Assembly: GCA_977020255.1 (NCBI GenBank)
Contig: CDROCS010001089.1
Location: 1 to 64,000 of the forward strand
Length of the DNA stretch: 64,000 nucleotides
Direction: 5' to 3'
DNA from: Obrimoposthia wandeli
Taxonomy: Eukaryota
The translations under genes were made by a program, and so were the position numbers. Below the pieces are notes generated by a model that ran no database searches, was not told where the DNA came from, and worked only from the letters and a program-made list of their open reading frames with translations. Below, in pieces: positions 30,164 to 39,966 of the stretch; position 1 is the first letter of the stretch, and each line of letters begins with the position of its first letter.

Positions 30164-31819
30164 TTAAGCTGTTTCTCTAGGGGTTAATAACGGGATTGAT
30201 GCAATTAATTGCTGCGTGTATTCACGATCGGGTTTTAAAAATATTTTGCGTACCGAGCCTTGCTCAATTAGTTCTCCAAAGCGCATCACACAGACCCAGT
30301 CACATAAATTTGCAATAACGCTTAAATCATGAGAAATAAACAATATTGTTAATCCTAGCTCATCGCGTAACGACTTAAGTAGGTTCAATATTTCTGCTTG
30401 AATGGACACGTCAAGTGCTGCAACTGATTCATCTGCAACGATAAATTTAGGCTTACATACTAATGCCCTCGCGATGCTGATACGCTGGCGCTGACCACCG
30501 GAAAATGCATGTGGAAAGCGTCGTAAATGCGACACATCGATATGACACATTTGTGCCACTTCTAATACTTTCGCATCCGTTTCTTCGCGTGTTTTAGTCA
30601 GCTTCATCGCTTCTAACGGTTCTGCAATAATATCGCGCACTGTCATGCGCGGATTAAGAGAGCTGTATGGATCTTGAAATACTAGCTGCGCAATTTTAGC
30701 TAAGTCACGGCGTTGAACTTTCTTATTTACCCCAAAGGTGAGGTTTTTTGCTTCGTCAAAATAGTGAACTTGCCCGTTACTGATAGGTACTGCGCCTAAA
30801 ATTGCTTTACCTAACGATGTTTTACCTGAACCACTTTCCCCTACTAAGCCAATAATTTGCCCTTTAGGTAATGACAGTGAAACTTCCTTTACTGCGGTAA
30901 AACTATCAGAGCGCCCTCCTTTACCAGATATTTTATAGCTGACTGACAAGTCTTCTATTTCCAGTAATGGCTCGGGTGTTTCTGTCGCCTCCTGCGGTAA
31001 TTGATCTAAATGCGGTAAAGCGTCTAACAAACGTTTTGTGTAACTGTGCTGGGGAGAAAATAATACATCATGTGCTTCACCAGCCTCCACCACTTTGCCT
31101 TTTTGCATCACGTTCACACGATCGGCTATTTTTGAAATAACCCCTAAATCATGGGTGATAAACAGCATTGCCATACCGTATTGTTCGCGCAATTCCAGCA
31201 TCAGTTCTAAAACTTGTGCTTGAATAGTCACATCTAACGCAGTGGTTGGCTCATCGGCGATTAGCAGCTTAGGTTTGGTAGATAATGCCATGGCGATCAT
31301 GGCGCGTTGGCGCATACCGCCAGAAAGCTCAAAGACGTATTGATCAAAACGCTTTTCAGGCTGTACGATGCCTACGCGATCAAATAGTTCAATACCTGCT
31401 TTGCGCGCTTCTTTTTTACTGATACCTAAGTGAATTTGCATAGTTTGAATAATTTGATCACTGATGCGAATGGCAGGCGCAAAACTTGCCATCGGCTCTT
31501 GGAAAATCATTGAAACCGCATCTCCACGTACTATATTCAAATCACGATTTCGCAACTTCAATACATTGATATCACGCTCGTTATACTGCAATTGGATTTG
31601 ACTTGGTTGCTGAATAATCGCGTTATTTGGATTAAGACGCATGATGGTTTTAGCGGTAACGGACTTACCCGAACCACTTTCACCCACTAAACCAACAATT
31701 TCTCCTTCGCGAACATTCAAGCTGACATCTCTTACTGCGTGAATGAGTCCTTCATCGGTTCTAAAGTCTATCGTTAGGTTTTTAATATCCAACAAATTTG
31801 GATTGCTATTATTACTCAT
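30164..31819 (-). CDS. Peptide/nickel-type ABC transporter, fused double ATPase
   Basis: Two GESGSGK Walker A motifs, LSGGMRQR and FSGGQRQR signatures, [10 protein letters not shown]. Confidence 0.95.
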   Translation of the reverse strand: MSNNSNPNLLDIKNLTIDFRTDEGLIHAVRDVSLNVREGEIVGLVGESGSGKSVTAKTIMRLNPNNAIIQQPSQIQLQYNERDINVLKLRNRDLNIVRGDAVSMIFQEPMASFAPAIRISDQIIQTMQIHLGISKKEARKAGIELFDRVGIVQPEKRFDQYVFELSGGMRQRAMIAMALSTKPKLLIADEPTTALDVTIQAQVLELMLELREQYGMAMLFITHDLGVISKIADRVNVMQKGKVVEAGEAHDVLFSPQHSYTKRLLDALPHLDQLPQEATETPEPLLEIEDLSVSYKISGKGGRSDSFTAVKEVSLSLPKGQIIGLVGESGSGKTSLGKAILGAVPISNGQVHYFDEAKNLTFGVNKKVQRRDLAKIAQLVFQDPYSSLNPRMTVRDIIAEPLEAMKLTKTREETDAKVLEVAQMCHIDVSHLRRFPHAFSGGQRQRISIARALVCKPKFIVADESVAALDVSIQAEILNLLKSLRDELGLTILFISHDLSVIANLCDWVCVMRFGELIEQGSVRKIFLKPDREYTQQLIASIPLLTPRETA

Positions 31820-33073
31820 TTAACCTTTCTCCGCATATGGGTCAGCGGCATCGCGCAGGGCGTCACCTACAAACACAAAGGCCATGATTAAAGCGACAAA
31901 AAGTGTCACAGGGAAGAACTGCCATATCATGTTTTGTTGAATGTCAGGGTCTTGCGCTTTTTGCAGTAATACTCCCAAACTATTAACTGGCTCAGTCAAA
32001 CCTAAGCCTAAGAAACTCAAACTTGTTTCAGCCAAAATAACATAAGGGAAGTTAATTAACGTATCGACAATGATGTAACTACCAAAGCTCGGTACTAAGT
32101 GCTGCCAAATAATACGCCACGTACTTGAACCACATAGCTGAGCGGCCAAAATATAATCTTGATTACGCTCGGTTAATATATGCGTACGTAAACGTCTTGC
32201 TAGCGCTGCAAAATCAAGTGCGCCGATGATCACCGCGATAGCAAAGTAACGCTGCACTGAACTGAGATCTAGTTCAGCTAGTGCCACCGCACAGGCAAGG
32301 TAAATCGGTATCGGTGGAATAACGCGCACCGCTTCAGTAAAGCTCATCAAAATAGCATCAACGCGCCCACCAAAGTAGCCACTGACACCACCGACTAGCA
32401 AGGAGAAGAATAATTTCACAATTAAAGCCACTACCGCAATACTAAGGGTTACCCAAATAGCATGTAACGAGCGGCTGAAAACATCTTTGCCATCTTCATC
32501 GGTGCCCATAAGATGCAACTGGCCTTGCTCCACACCATACAAGTGTCTATCCCAGCGTATATCTAGGTTGGTATCGCCAAATGAGAGATCAATTAAACTG
32601 TATTCCCAGCCCTGTACAAAAAACTGGATGTAGCGACGTTTTTCTCGATCAATAGTGTATTTGTTTTGGCTAGTAGCCGTTAGCGCGTCACTAGACGTAA
32701 GTGCATCCAGTGCATCTAAACCACCTGCACCGGCACTCAGTAGTGCTGAGTAGTCAATTTTAGGTTTGTCTTTTGTGTAAGTGTAAACAAACGGGCGGAT
32801 TGAAAAACCATTCTCATCACTGAAGTGTATCCACTGTGGTGATCCACGGCGGTACTCGCTATCGGCACCGTTAATAGTGGGATCAACTGCTGAGAAAAAG
32901 GGCGCGAAAAAACTTGCTGTAATTAAACTTGCCAATATCCAGCCCGCAAACACGCCGACTTTCTTACGCTTGAAGCGATCTTTTATTAGCGATAGCTGCC
33001 CAGCGGTATAATAGGATTCATCCGTTTTTTCTTTAGTTTTACGACTAAAAAAAGTCATTATATTAAATGCCAT
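31820..33073 (-). CDS. ABC permease (DppC/OppC-like)
   Basis: LMGTDEDGKDVFSR, QDYILAAQLCGSS.WRIIWQHLVP EAA loop, AETSLSFLGLG; likely ATG at 33073. Confidence 0.9.
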   Translation of the reverse strand: MAFNIMTFFSRKTKEKTDESYYTAGQLSLIKDRFKRKKVGVFAGWILASLITASFFAPFFSAVDPTINGADSEYRRGSPQWIHFSDENGFSIRPFVYTYTKDKPKIDYSALLSAGAGGLDALDALTSSDALTATSQNKYTIDREKRRYIQFFVQGWEYSLIDLSFGDTNLDIRWDRHLYGVEQGQLHLMGTDEDGKDVFSRSLHAIWVTLSIAVVALIVKLFFSLLVGGVSGYFGGRVDAILMSFTEAVRVIPPIPIYLACAVALAELDLSSVQRYFAIAVIIGALDFAALARRLRTHILTERNQDYILAAQLCGSSTWRIIWQHLVPSFGSYIIVDTLINFPYVILAETSLSFLGLGLTEPVNSLGVLLQKAQDPDIQQNMIWQFFPVTLFVALIMAFVFVGDALRDAADPYAEKG

Positions 33074-33074
33074 A

Positions 33075-34295
33075 TCAGTTCCCCAACACACTAGTACGCA
33101 CGCGTGGGTCAACGGCTGCGAGCACTATATCGGTAATAAAGTTCATAGAGATAACCACGAGTGCCACTAAGAACAAGATGGCAGCTGCCAATTCTTGATC
33201 GTTGGTTAATGCCAATGCTTCGATTAATAGTGCAGCACCATCTGTTAGACCTATAACGATAGCCACGATCGGCAGGTCATTAAACACCCGCTGAAAGTCA
33301 AAACCAACACTGTTGAATAGCGGGCTGATTGAATGCCTCACTGGATAACCTGCCCAAAGTGCTGCGCCTCTCACGCCTCTTGCGCGTGCGGCATCAACAT
33401 AGAGCTTGTTTGATTCATCAACCACTAAAGCCCTCACGGTTTGTAACTGTAACGCGGTTGCTGACCAACCGATGACAAAGATAGGCAGCCAAACATGACC
33501 TAAGAAATCCCAGAGCTTTTCAGTTTCAAAACCGTTGGCGCCAAACCATGGTACATCGCGCCATTCATTAGAGAATAAGCCTGTTGGTGCCGGCTCCCCT
33601 GCGAAAACGTAGAGCAAAATAATAGTCAGCGCGAGCAGAAAGTTAGGCAGCGCTAGCCCTAGATAACTGATAATGCGTAATTGCAAATCCAACAGCTTAT
33701 TAAAGCTCAAACCGATACTGTTGACCAGACGTTCTGATTTAGTGTTTTGTGGGTTTTTGTCAGTCCAATCTTTATTGATAGTAAACGCAGATAAAATGCC
33801 GAAAGGAACAGCGATGACGTAAGAGAATACTAACGCAGCAATACAAAACCAGAAGCTTAACCAAAAACGATCACCTAAGGCTAAGTTCACTGATTGGCGT
33901 TTAGCACAACTGAAACCAAGATCACCGCGCAAGGTTAGGTTGGTAACCCAATGCCCCCAGCGAACTACCAGCGATTTATCTAAGCCCATACGCGCTCTTT
34001 CTGCGTCAATATCAGCTTGGGTAATCGTTTCACCTTGAGTGCTTTTGTAAGCTATGTATTTTTCAGCACAATCGCCCGGCAATACTTCCATTAGCGAAAA
34101 CACAATACCACTAACAATAAGCAGTGAAGTCAGCGCTAATAAGTAACGATTAAAAACATAACTAAAGTATTGGCTAGCTTGCCCGCGCCAAAAGAGCACG
34201 GCTCCCACACTGACTAATATCCACAGCAACCAAGTATTGGCAATAAAATCGGCAATCACAATATGACCCTCAAAACTTGTTTTTGTCTTATTCAT
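33075..34295 (-). CDS. ABC permease (DppB/OppB-like)
   Basis: MEVLPGD, RGDLGFS, ALPNFLLAL, YVDAARARG EAA loop, DPRVR; likely ATG at 34295. Confidence 0.9.
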   Translation of the reverse strand: MNKTKTSFEGHIVIADFIANTWLLWILVSVGAVLFWRGQASQYFSYVFNRYLLALTSLLIVSGIVFSLMEVLPGDCAEKYIAYKSTQGETITQADIDAERARMGLDKSLVVRWGHWVTNLTLRGDLGFSCAKRQSVNLALGDRFWLSFWFCIAALVFSYVIAVPFGILSAFTINKDWTDKNPQNTKSERLVNSIGLSFNKLLDLQLRIISYLGLALPNFLLALTIILLYVFAGEPAPTGLFSNEWRDVPWFGANGFETEKLWDFLGHVWLPIFVIGWSATALQLQTVRALVVDESNKLYVDAARARGVRGAALWAGYPVRHSISPLFNSVGFDFQRVFNDLPIVAIVIGLTDGAALLIEALALTNDQELAAAILFLVALVVISMNFITDIVLAAVDPRVRTSVLGN

Positions 34296-34534
34296 CTTAA
34301 AGCGGTAAGCCTTAGATAATGTCAAACAAGCTTCTATTTAAATTTAATGTTCTTAATGCCTGTCGATGCATTATCTCTTCATAACGAATGAAATAACGCA
34401 ACATTATCAGGCGTAGCTTTTACGCTGAGGCTTTATGTATAAGGGCTCTCAAACGGTGTAATAATGTATGGATATGTGGGCAGTTTAGATATCGTATTTA
34501 ACACAAGTTATCTTTTTTTATTATATTTATCATT

Positions 34535-34568
34535 ATGATATCAATAGAATATGTCATTTTTATGACAT
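34535..34568 (-). promoter_or_regulatory. Pho-box-like site with -10 element upstream of the permease operon
   Basis: Minus strand ATGTCAT-AAAA-ATGACAT (15/18 to CTGTCATAAAACTGTCAT), then 10 nt, then TATCAT. Confidence 0.55.
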
Positions 34569-34695
34569 TTATTTAAGTAGTTAAATGAAAGCTATATTGA
34601 AATATAAAGTTAATCAAAAGAGCAAGGCGGATAATTCTTTGCTCTTCTGACTTTAAAAACTAACCTTTCTTTCTCATCACTATACTCATCAAAAC

Positions 34696-34725
34696 AGGCA
34701 GCTAACTCTTTTCAGTAAGCTGCCT
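34696..34725 (-). terminator. Terminator after the solute-binding protein gene
   Basis: AGGCAGCT/AGCTGCCT stem followed on the minus strand by GTTTT. Confidence 0.55.
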
Positions 34726-34736
34726 ATTAACAATGA

Positions 34737-36779
34737 TTATTTTTCGTCTAAGTACCACTGTGTAGGTAGGTACGGGTAAGTCCAAAAGTAATCATAAGAG
34801 TGCGTTTTTTGCACTTCAAAATTACCTAGCTTTTGGCTGTAGTAAATCGGCTTAACCGCTTTTACAGTGCCGCCAATAAACAAATCATCAACAATACGCG
34901 TCGCTATGGCTAAACCTGTTTTGTTGGATTCATCGGTACCAATTTTCAAAGTTACAAACTTGTTAGCCAGCTTTTCCATTTCAAGTACAGTTGCCGGTGG
35001 CTTCACGCCTTCAGCACCGTTAGTTGCTTTGTACTGATCCCACAGCATACCGGTACGCAAATCAAAGAAAGTACCATAAGGCGGTAACACATCTTCAGTT
35101 TTTGTTGCAACCGCTGGCAACGGACGACCCATCAACCAAGTAAGTACACTTAAGTCATTCGCGCTTTGTGAGTTACGGTATTCATCAGAAGTGATTTCTT
35201 TGATGGTCGTTTTAACCCCAACACTGGTCCAGTTAGCAGCGATGATTTCTGTCATCTCCGTTGGCGTGCTTTGGGTAGAGTATTGGAAAGACAGCTCAAA
35301 CTTCTTACCTGAAGGTAAGTCACGTAAACCATCACCATTTTTATCAACAACCCCTGCTTTATCTAATAACTTTCCCGCTTCTTCTGGGCTGTATTCAATC
35401 CAGCTATTTTTAAGCTCATCCGTGATGAAAGGCGCTGTATCTGGATCAATTGCAGTATATTGAGTTGGCTTTCCTAAGTTAAAGAATGCAATCTCGTTGA
35501 TCTGGTTACGGTTAATCGCCAGTGACATCCCTCTTCTGAAATTAACGTCGTTAAACACGGCGCGCTTTTCAAGATCTTTGTCAGTCATGTTAAATGCATA
35601 AGCTGTTTGGCTTATTTGCGGACGCAATGCGATGTTATATTTACCAGCGGCTTTATTTTCTAGCAACACCGGTACTGAAGGTAAGTTCACCGCTTGTGAC
35701 TTATAGTCGATCTCGCCTGCTATCATTTTGGCAACTTGAATATCTTCATCGCCAATATACACTTCACTAATTTCGTTGATGTAAGGAAGTTGGTTTCCTT
35801 GGGTGTCAACTTGGAAGAAATACGGATTGGCAACTAATCCACGACGCTCTAAGCTTTCATTTACGACGATAAATGATTCTAAAGTCGGTGCGATTGCGGT
35901 GTAACCGGCTTTTACTAAACGATCTGATGCTGCTTTGTCTTTCAACAATGGTGTCGGTACGTCTTTCCAATCTGATTGACCGTAGTAGAAATTAATCAGA
36001 GCATAACCATTTTCAAATCCTAGATCCTGCGCAATTTTATCAGCTTCTGGATTGTGATCCGGGTGGAAAGTTTTCAACAAATGCATTGGCTGAAATGGCT
36101 GTGCATAATCTTGGGCAAACATTTCGGTTAAACCAGGCTTAGGCTCATTTAAAGTAAAGCGAATTGTGGTTGCATCTACCGCTTCTACTTTCATTGGCTT
36201 ACCACCAGAAAGGAAACGATCTTTCGCCTTCTTAATGATATTGGTATTCATCAACATATCGTTGTACCAAAAAACAATATCTTGTGCTGTAAATGCTTGA
36301 CCGTCTGACCACTTATGCCCTTCACGCAAACTCATCGTCAGCTCAGTGTAATCACCGTTCCAGCTCCAAGATTTAGCAACGTTAGGTACCACTGTTTGTA
36401 AATCATCACTAAAGCGCGTTAAGTTTACATGGCGTATTGACAATAAATCAGAGGTTCCTGATTCAGTCGCTTTTGAAATGCCGTCTAAAACACCACCGTA
36501 CTTACCAATACTCTTGTATGGCACTACCACTAATGGCTCTTTCGGAATACGATCAAGCATCGCAAGTAACGCAGGGTTACCGCCGATTTTGGCGTTCAAC
36601 GCTTTAGCCATTGGGTTTACTGCAAATTCTAATTTACAATTCTTGGCACTTTCGTATTCAGCTTTTTCGAACAGGTGTGGATACTTACCACCTGCATCAG
36701 CACCTGTTAGCGCTGGGCATGCAGCCATAACACTAGATGCCATCATCATAGAGGCACTAGCAATTAACAGTTTTTTCAT
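34737..36779 (-). CDS. ABC solute-binding protein, family 5
   Basis: Signal peptide; VPNVAKSWSWN.D.TELTMSLREGHKWSDG..FTAQD; ANPYFFQVD..GNQLPYI; FRRGMSLAINR. Confidence 0.92.
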   Translation of the reverse strand: MKKLLIASASMMMASSVMAACPALTGADAGGKYPHLFEKAEYESAKNCKLEFAVNPMAKALNAKIGGNPALLAMLDRIPKEPLVVVPYKSIGKYGGVLDGISKATESGTSDLLSIRHVNLTRFSDDLQTVVPNVAKSWSWNGDYTELTMSLREGHKWSDGQAFTAQDIVFWYNDMLMNTNIIKKAKDRFLSGGKPMKVEAVDATTIRFTLNEPKPGLTEMFAQDYAQPFQPMHLLKTFHPDHNPEADKIAQDLGFENGYALINFYYGQSDWKDVPTPLLKDKAASDRLVKAGYTAIAPTLESFIVVNESLERRGLVANPYFFQVDTQGNQLPYINEISEVYIGDEDIQVAKMIAGEIDYKSQAVNLPSVPVLLENKAAGKYNIALRPQISQTAYAFNMTDKDLEKRAVFNDVNFRRGMSLAINRNQINEIAFFNLGKPTQYTAIDPDTAPFITDELKNSWIEYSPEEAGKLLDKAGVVDKNGDGLRDLPSGKKFELSFQYSTQSTPTEMTEIIAANWTSVGVKTTIKEITSDEYRNSQSANDLSVLTWLMGRPLPAVATKTEDVLPPYGTFFDLRTGMLWDQYKATNGAEGVKPPATVLEMEKLANKFVTLKIGTDESNKTGLAIATRIVDDLFIGGTVKAVKPIYYSQKLGNFEVQKTHSYDYFWTYPYLPTQWYLDEK

Positions 36780-37413
36780 CGTTAAATTCCTATTATTGTT
36801 ATTGAGAATTAACAGTAAACAAGTAAACCTTATCTACCGCTTGAACCTATTCATCATGTCAGAGAGTTTATAATGAAGTCCCGTAGCCAACTGCGCTTAC
36901 TATTGCTAGTAAACAGCGTTCTACAATGCTTCGGGTAACTCTTACACTGATAAACACAGCCTATGTGAATTTTTCAGTAATGTAAAAATTGTGACACTTT
37001 CATTGCAATCATTTATGACTGTATATGTCATGTATATCGGGTAAACCTGACAAGCGCCATATATTTCTAATATGTTGCGCTTAAACGAAAACGCGCCTTT
37101 TACTACACAAAGAATTACTTTGTACTGTGATATTAAAACCGCCGCATAACGCTTATTATTATTGATGCTTTGATCGGTTGTTACTATGACATATAAGTAT
37201 GGCTATATTTAGCATTACTCGCATGCTTTATGCCTGACTTTACTATTCGACAGTAATCAAAATACTATGAGAGTTCAAGCTATATTTAATTAAAGATTAT
37301 ATTATCAGACCTGGCATAACTTTTAATTATAGTTATAACTGATAACTGCTGCTTAACTAGCATCTAGCGGCTTAAAACATTAGCTTCTGGTCTACTCCAG
37401 TGCTGCTTGCATC

Positions 37414-37451
37414 ATTGCTAAAAACTATCAATGCGATGAATTTAATTCAAT
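37414..37451 (+). promoter_or_regulatory. Possible OxyR-binding site upstream of catalase
   Basis: ATTG-N7-CTAT-N7-ATGA-N8-CAAT, versus consensus ATAG-N7-CTAT-N7-ATAG-N7-CTAT. Confidence 0.35.
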
Positions 37452-37529
37452 ATTCTGATACGGCAATAGTTTGCTACTCTTTATCGCGTTACTTAATAAA
37501 AGCAATTCATGAAAGAAGAGGATTTTCCG

Positions 37530-38960
37530 ATGAAAAAGAAGCTAACGACAGCAGCAGGATGCCCGGTATCTGATAACCAAAATGTATTAACAGCAGGGTC
37601 TAAAGGACCAATGTTATTACAAGACGCGTGGTTTTTAGAGAAACTCGCACATTTTAACCGAGAAGTTATTCCTGAGCGCAGGATGCACGCAAAAGGCTCT
37701 GGAGCTTACGGAACATTCACCGTTACCCATGATATTACCCAGTTCTGTAAAGCAGATATTTTTTCCGAGATAGGCAAACAAACAGAACTATTTGCACGTT
37801 TTACAACCGTTGCCGGCGAACGCGGAGCGGCAGATGCTGAGCGAGATATACGCGGCTTCGCACTGAAATTTTACACCCAACAAGGTAATTGGGACATGGT
37901 AGGCAACAATACACCAGTGTTCTTTTTACGCGATCCTCTTAAGTTTCCCGATCTTAACCACGCTGTTAAACGTGATCCACGCACCAATATGCGCAGTGCG
38001 CAAAATAATTGGGATTTTTGGACCTCGCTGCCTGAAGCGCTACATCAAATTACCATCGTAATGAGCGATAGAGGCATCCCTGCCAGTTACCGGGAAATGC
38101 ATGGCTTTGGTAGCCACACTTTCAGTCTCATCAATGCTAACAATGAAAGGGTTTGGGTTAAATTTCATTTCAAATCAAATCAGGGAATCAAAAATTTAAC
38201 TAACCAACAAGCCCAAACGTTGATTGGCAAAGACCGCGAAAGCCATCACGCTGATTTGTATGCAGCGATTGAAGCTAACAACAATCCTTCATGGACATTA
38301 AAAATACAAGTAATGAGCGAAGCGCAGGCCCAAAAATCAGCTTACAATCCCTTTGACCTTACTAAAGTTTGGCCACACGGGGATTTCCCTCTTATTGAAG
38401 TGGGCCAAATTGAACTCAACCGCAATCCTGAAAACTTCTATGCAGAAGTCGAGCAATCAGCTTTTAACCCAGCCAACATTGTACCCGGCATTAGCTTTTC
38501 GCCAGACAAAATGTTGCAAGGGCGCTTGTTTGCCTATGGTGATGCACAGCGTTATCGCCTTGGTGTGAATCACCAGCATATTCCGGTGAATGCACCACGC
38601 TGCCCAGTGCATAGCTATCACCGAGATGGGGCAATGCGCACTGACAATAACTTTGGTAGCACTATTGGCTATCAGCCTAACTCAAAGGATGAGTGGCAGG
38701 AGCAACCAGAGTTTGCTGAACCGGCATTGGCGTTATCAGGTGCTGCTGACCATTGGGATCATCGCGAGGATAAAGATTATTTCTCACAGCCAGGTGCTCT
38801 TTTTAGATTAATGAGCGCTGCGCAACAAACCCTGTTATTCAATAATACCGCTGACTCACTCAGCGGTGTGAGCCTTGATGTGCAAATGCGCCATGTAGAA
38901 CATTGCACCCAAGCTGATCCCGCTTACGGAGCTGGTGTAGCGAAGGCTTTAGGGCTTTAA
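37530..38960 (+). CDS. katA: Monofunctional heme catalase (small subunit type)
   Basis: [50 protein letters not shown]; GAGGA RBS before the ATG at 37530. Confidence 0.95.
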   Translation: MKKKLTTAAGCPVSDNQNVLTAGSKGPMLLQDAWFLEKLAHFNREVIPERRMHAKGSGAYGTFTVTHDITQFCKADIFSEIGKQTELFARFTTVAGERGAADAERDIRGFALKFYTQQGNWDMVGNNTPVFFLRDPLKFPDLNHAVKRDPRTNMRSAQNNWDFWTSLPEALHQITIVMSDRGIPASYREMHGFGSHTFSLINANNERVWVKFHFKSNQGIKNLTNQQAQTLIGKDRESHHADLYAAIEANNNPSWTLKIQVMSEAQAQKSAYNPFDLTKVWPHGDFPLIEVGQIELNRNPENFYAEVEQSAFNPANIVPGISFSPDKMLQGRLFAYGDAQRYRLGVNHQHIPVNAPRCPVHSYHRDGAMRTDNNFGSTIGYQPNSKDEWQEQPEFAEPALALSGAADHWDHREDKDYFSQPGALFRLMSAAQQTLLFNNTADSLSGVSLDVQMRHVEHCTQADPAYGAGVAKALGL

Positions 38961-39027
38961 CGAAAACTAATCGAGTATAATTAAACACAGACCTCGCGCT
39001 ATGTATTTGTTTATAATCTTACAATAA

Positions 39028-39167
39028 TGTCCGGTTTAATTTTTGTTGTTCTTTAATTCATTGGTTTTACGTTAACCACAAGTGTTATTTGGCTGAAAAA
39101 ATCCAATTAACGATGCTAGAAAACCACAATTCAATGAATTAGAGACCTTACACTTTTTAACCGGACA
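39028..39167. mobile_element. 140-bp element with 36-bp imperfect terminal inverted repeats (TGT...ACA)
   Basis: TGTCCGGTT-N13-TCTTTAATTCATTG versus reverse complement of the right end TGTCCGGTT-N13-TCTCTAATTCATTG (26/36 overall, ungapped). Confidence 0.5.
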
Positions 39168-39385
39168 GCAATGATAATTTTGACATAGCGTACTTATTTT
39201 CAGATGCATAGCCGATAACTACTACCTAGCATAACTTTGATAGAAAAGATGACATACTACACAAGCGATCACAAAAGCCTATACAATCGATAACCAATGA
39301 CTAATACCAACCTTGCTAAATACAAATAAATCTTAAGTCAGTAAGCTGAATAGTGCTGATTTTTTGCGACCATAGGGAAGCTAAT

Positions 39386-39892
39386 ATGCCCAGCCAGTTC
39401 TATTATATAACACTCATGAAGTTTTCAGCGCTGTCGATAGCCACTTTATTAGCAGGCTGCCTAGAGGTCTCTACTAAAAGTTACAGTAACAGCCTGTTTT
39501 CAGACGATACATTTGACTATTGCCTTGCCAGTGGTGGAACCACGCAAGAAAGCTACCCACGAAGTTGCGCTTTAAACGGACGGTTCTATACTGAAAACAT
39601 CAACCAGGCAGATAAATTCGAAAGAATTTCACTAGTGTTTGAAGTAGGCCCTCGAACTAAAACTTGCCAAGGATCTCATTCTGTGGATCTACAATGTTTA
39701 ATTATTAACGGCGAGAATTTCTATGAACAGATCTCAGGATTTGTTCATCAACCAGGGACAACCACAACGATTGAAGTAGAGCGTCTTCAGATTTGCGATC
39801 CAATGGTAATAAACTCGTGCCCTCAAGATATTGGCATTTACCAATATCGCTGGCTGAGAAACATTACTAAAGGCGAGCAAGCATACAAATAG
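39386..39892 (+). CDS. Lipoprotein with DUF4377-like domain
   Basis: Lipobox LLAGC; F..C...GG...ESYPR.C; VGP.T..C..QCL.ING..FY..I.GF. Start at 39386 or 39416. Confidence 0.7.
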   Translation: MPSQFYYITLMKFSALSIATLLAGCLEVSTKSYSNSLFSDDTFDYCLASGGTTQESYPRSCALNGRFYTENINQADKFERISLVFEVGPRTKTCQGSHSVDLQCLIINGENFYEQISGFVHQPGTTTTIEVERLQICDPMVINSCPQDIGIYQYRWLRNITKGEQAYK

Positions 39893-39966
39893 ATATGCAT
39901 TGAATTCTTTCTATCGCGATAAAAATCACCGTAATAAAACCTCCTTTAGGAAGCACTACTATTCAA

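Noticed and set aside
34520-34548. Fur box (GATATCATAATGATAAAT) in the permease promoter
   Set aside because: Only a loose match in a very AT-rich stretch that overlaps the proposed -10; kept only as an alternative to Pho control.
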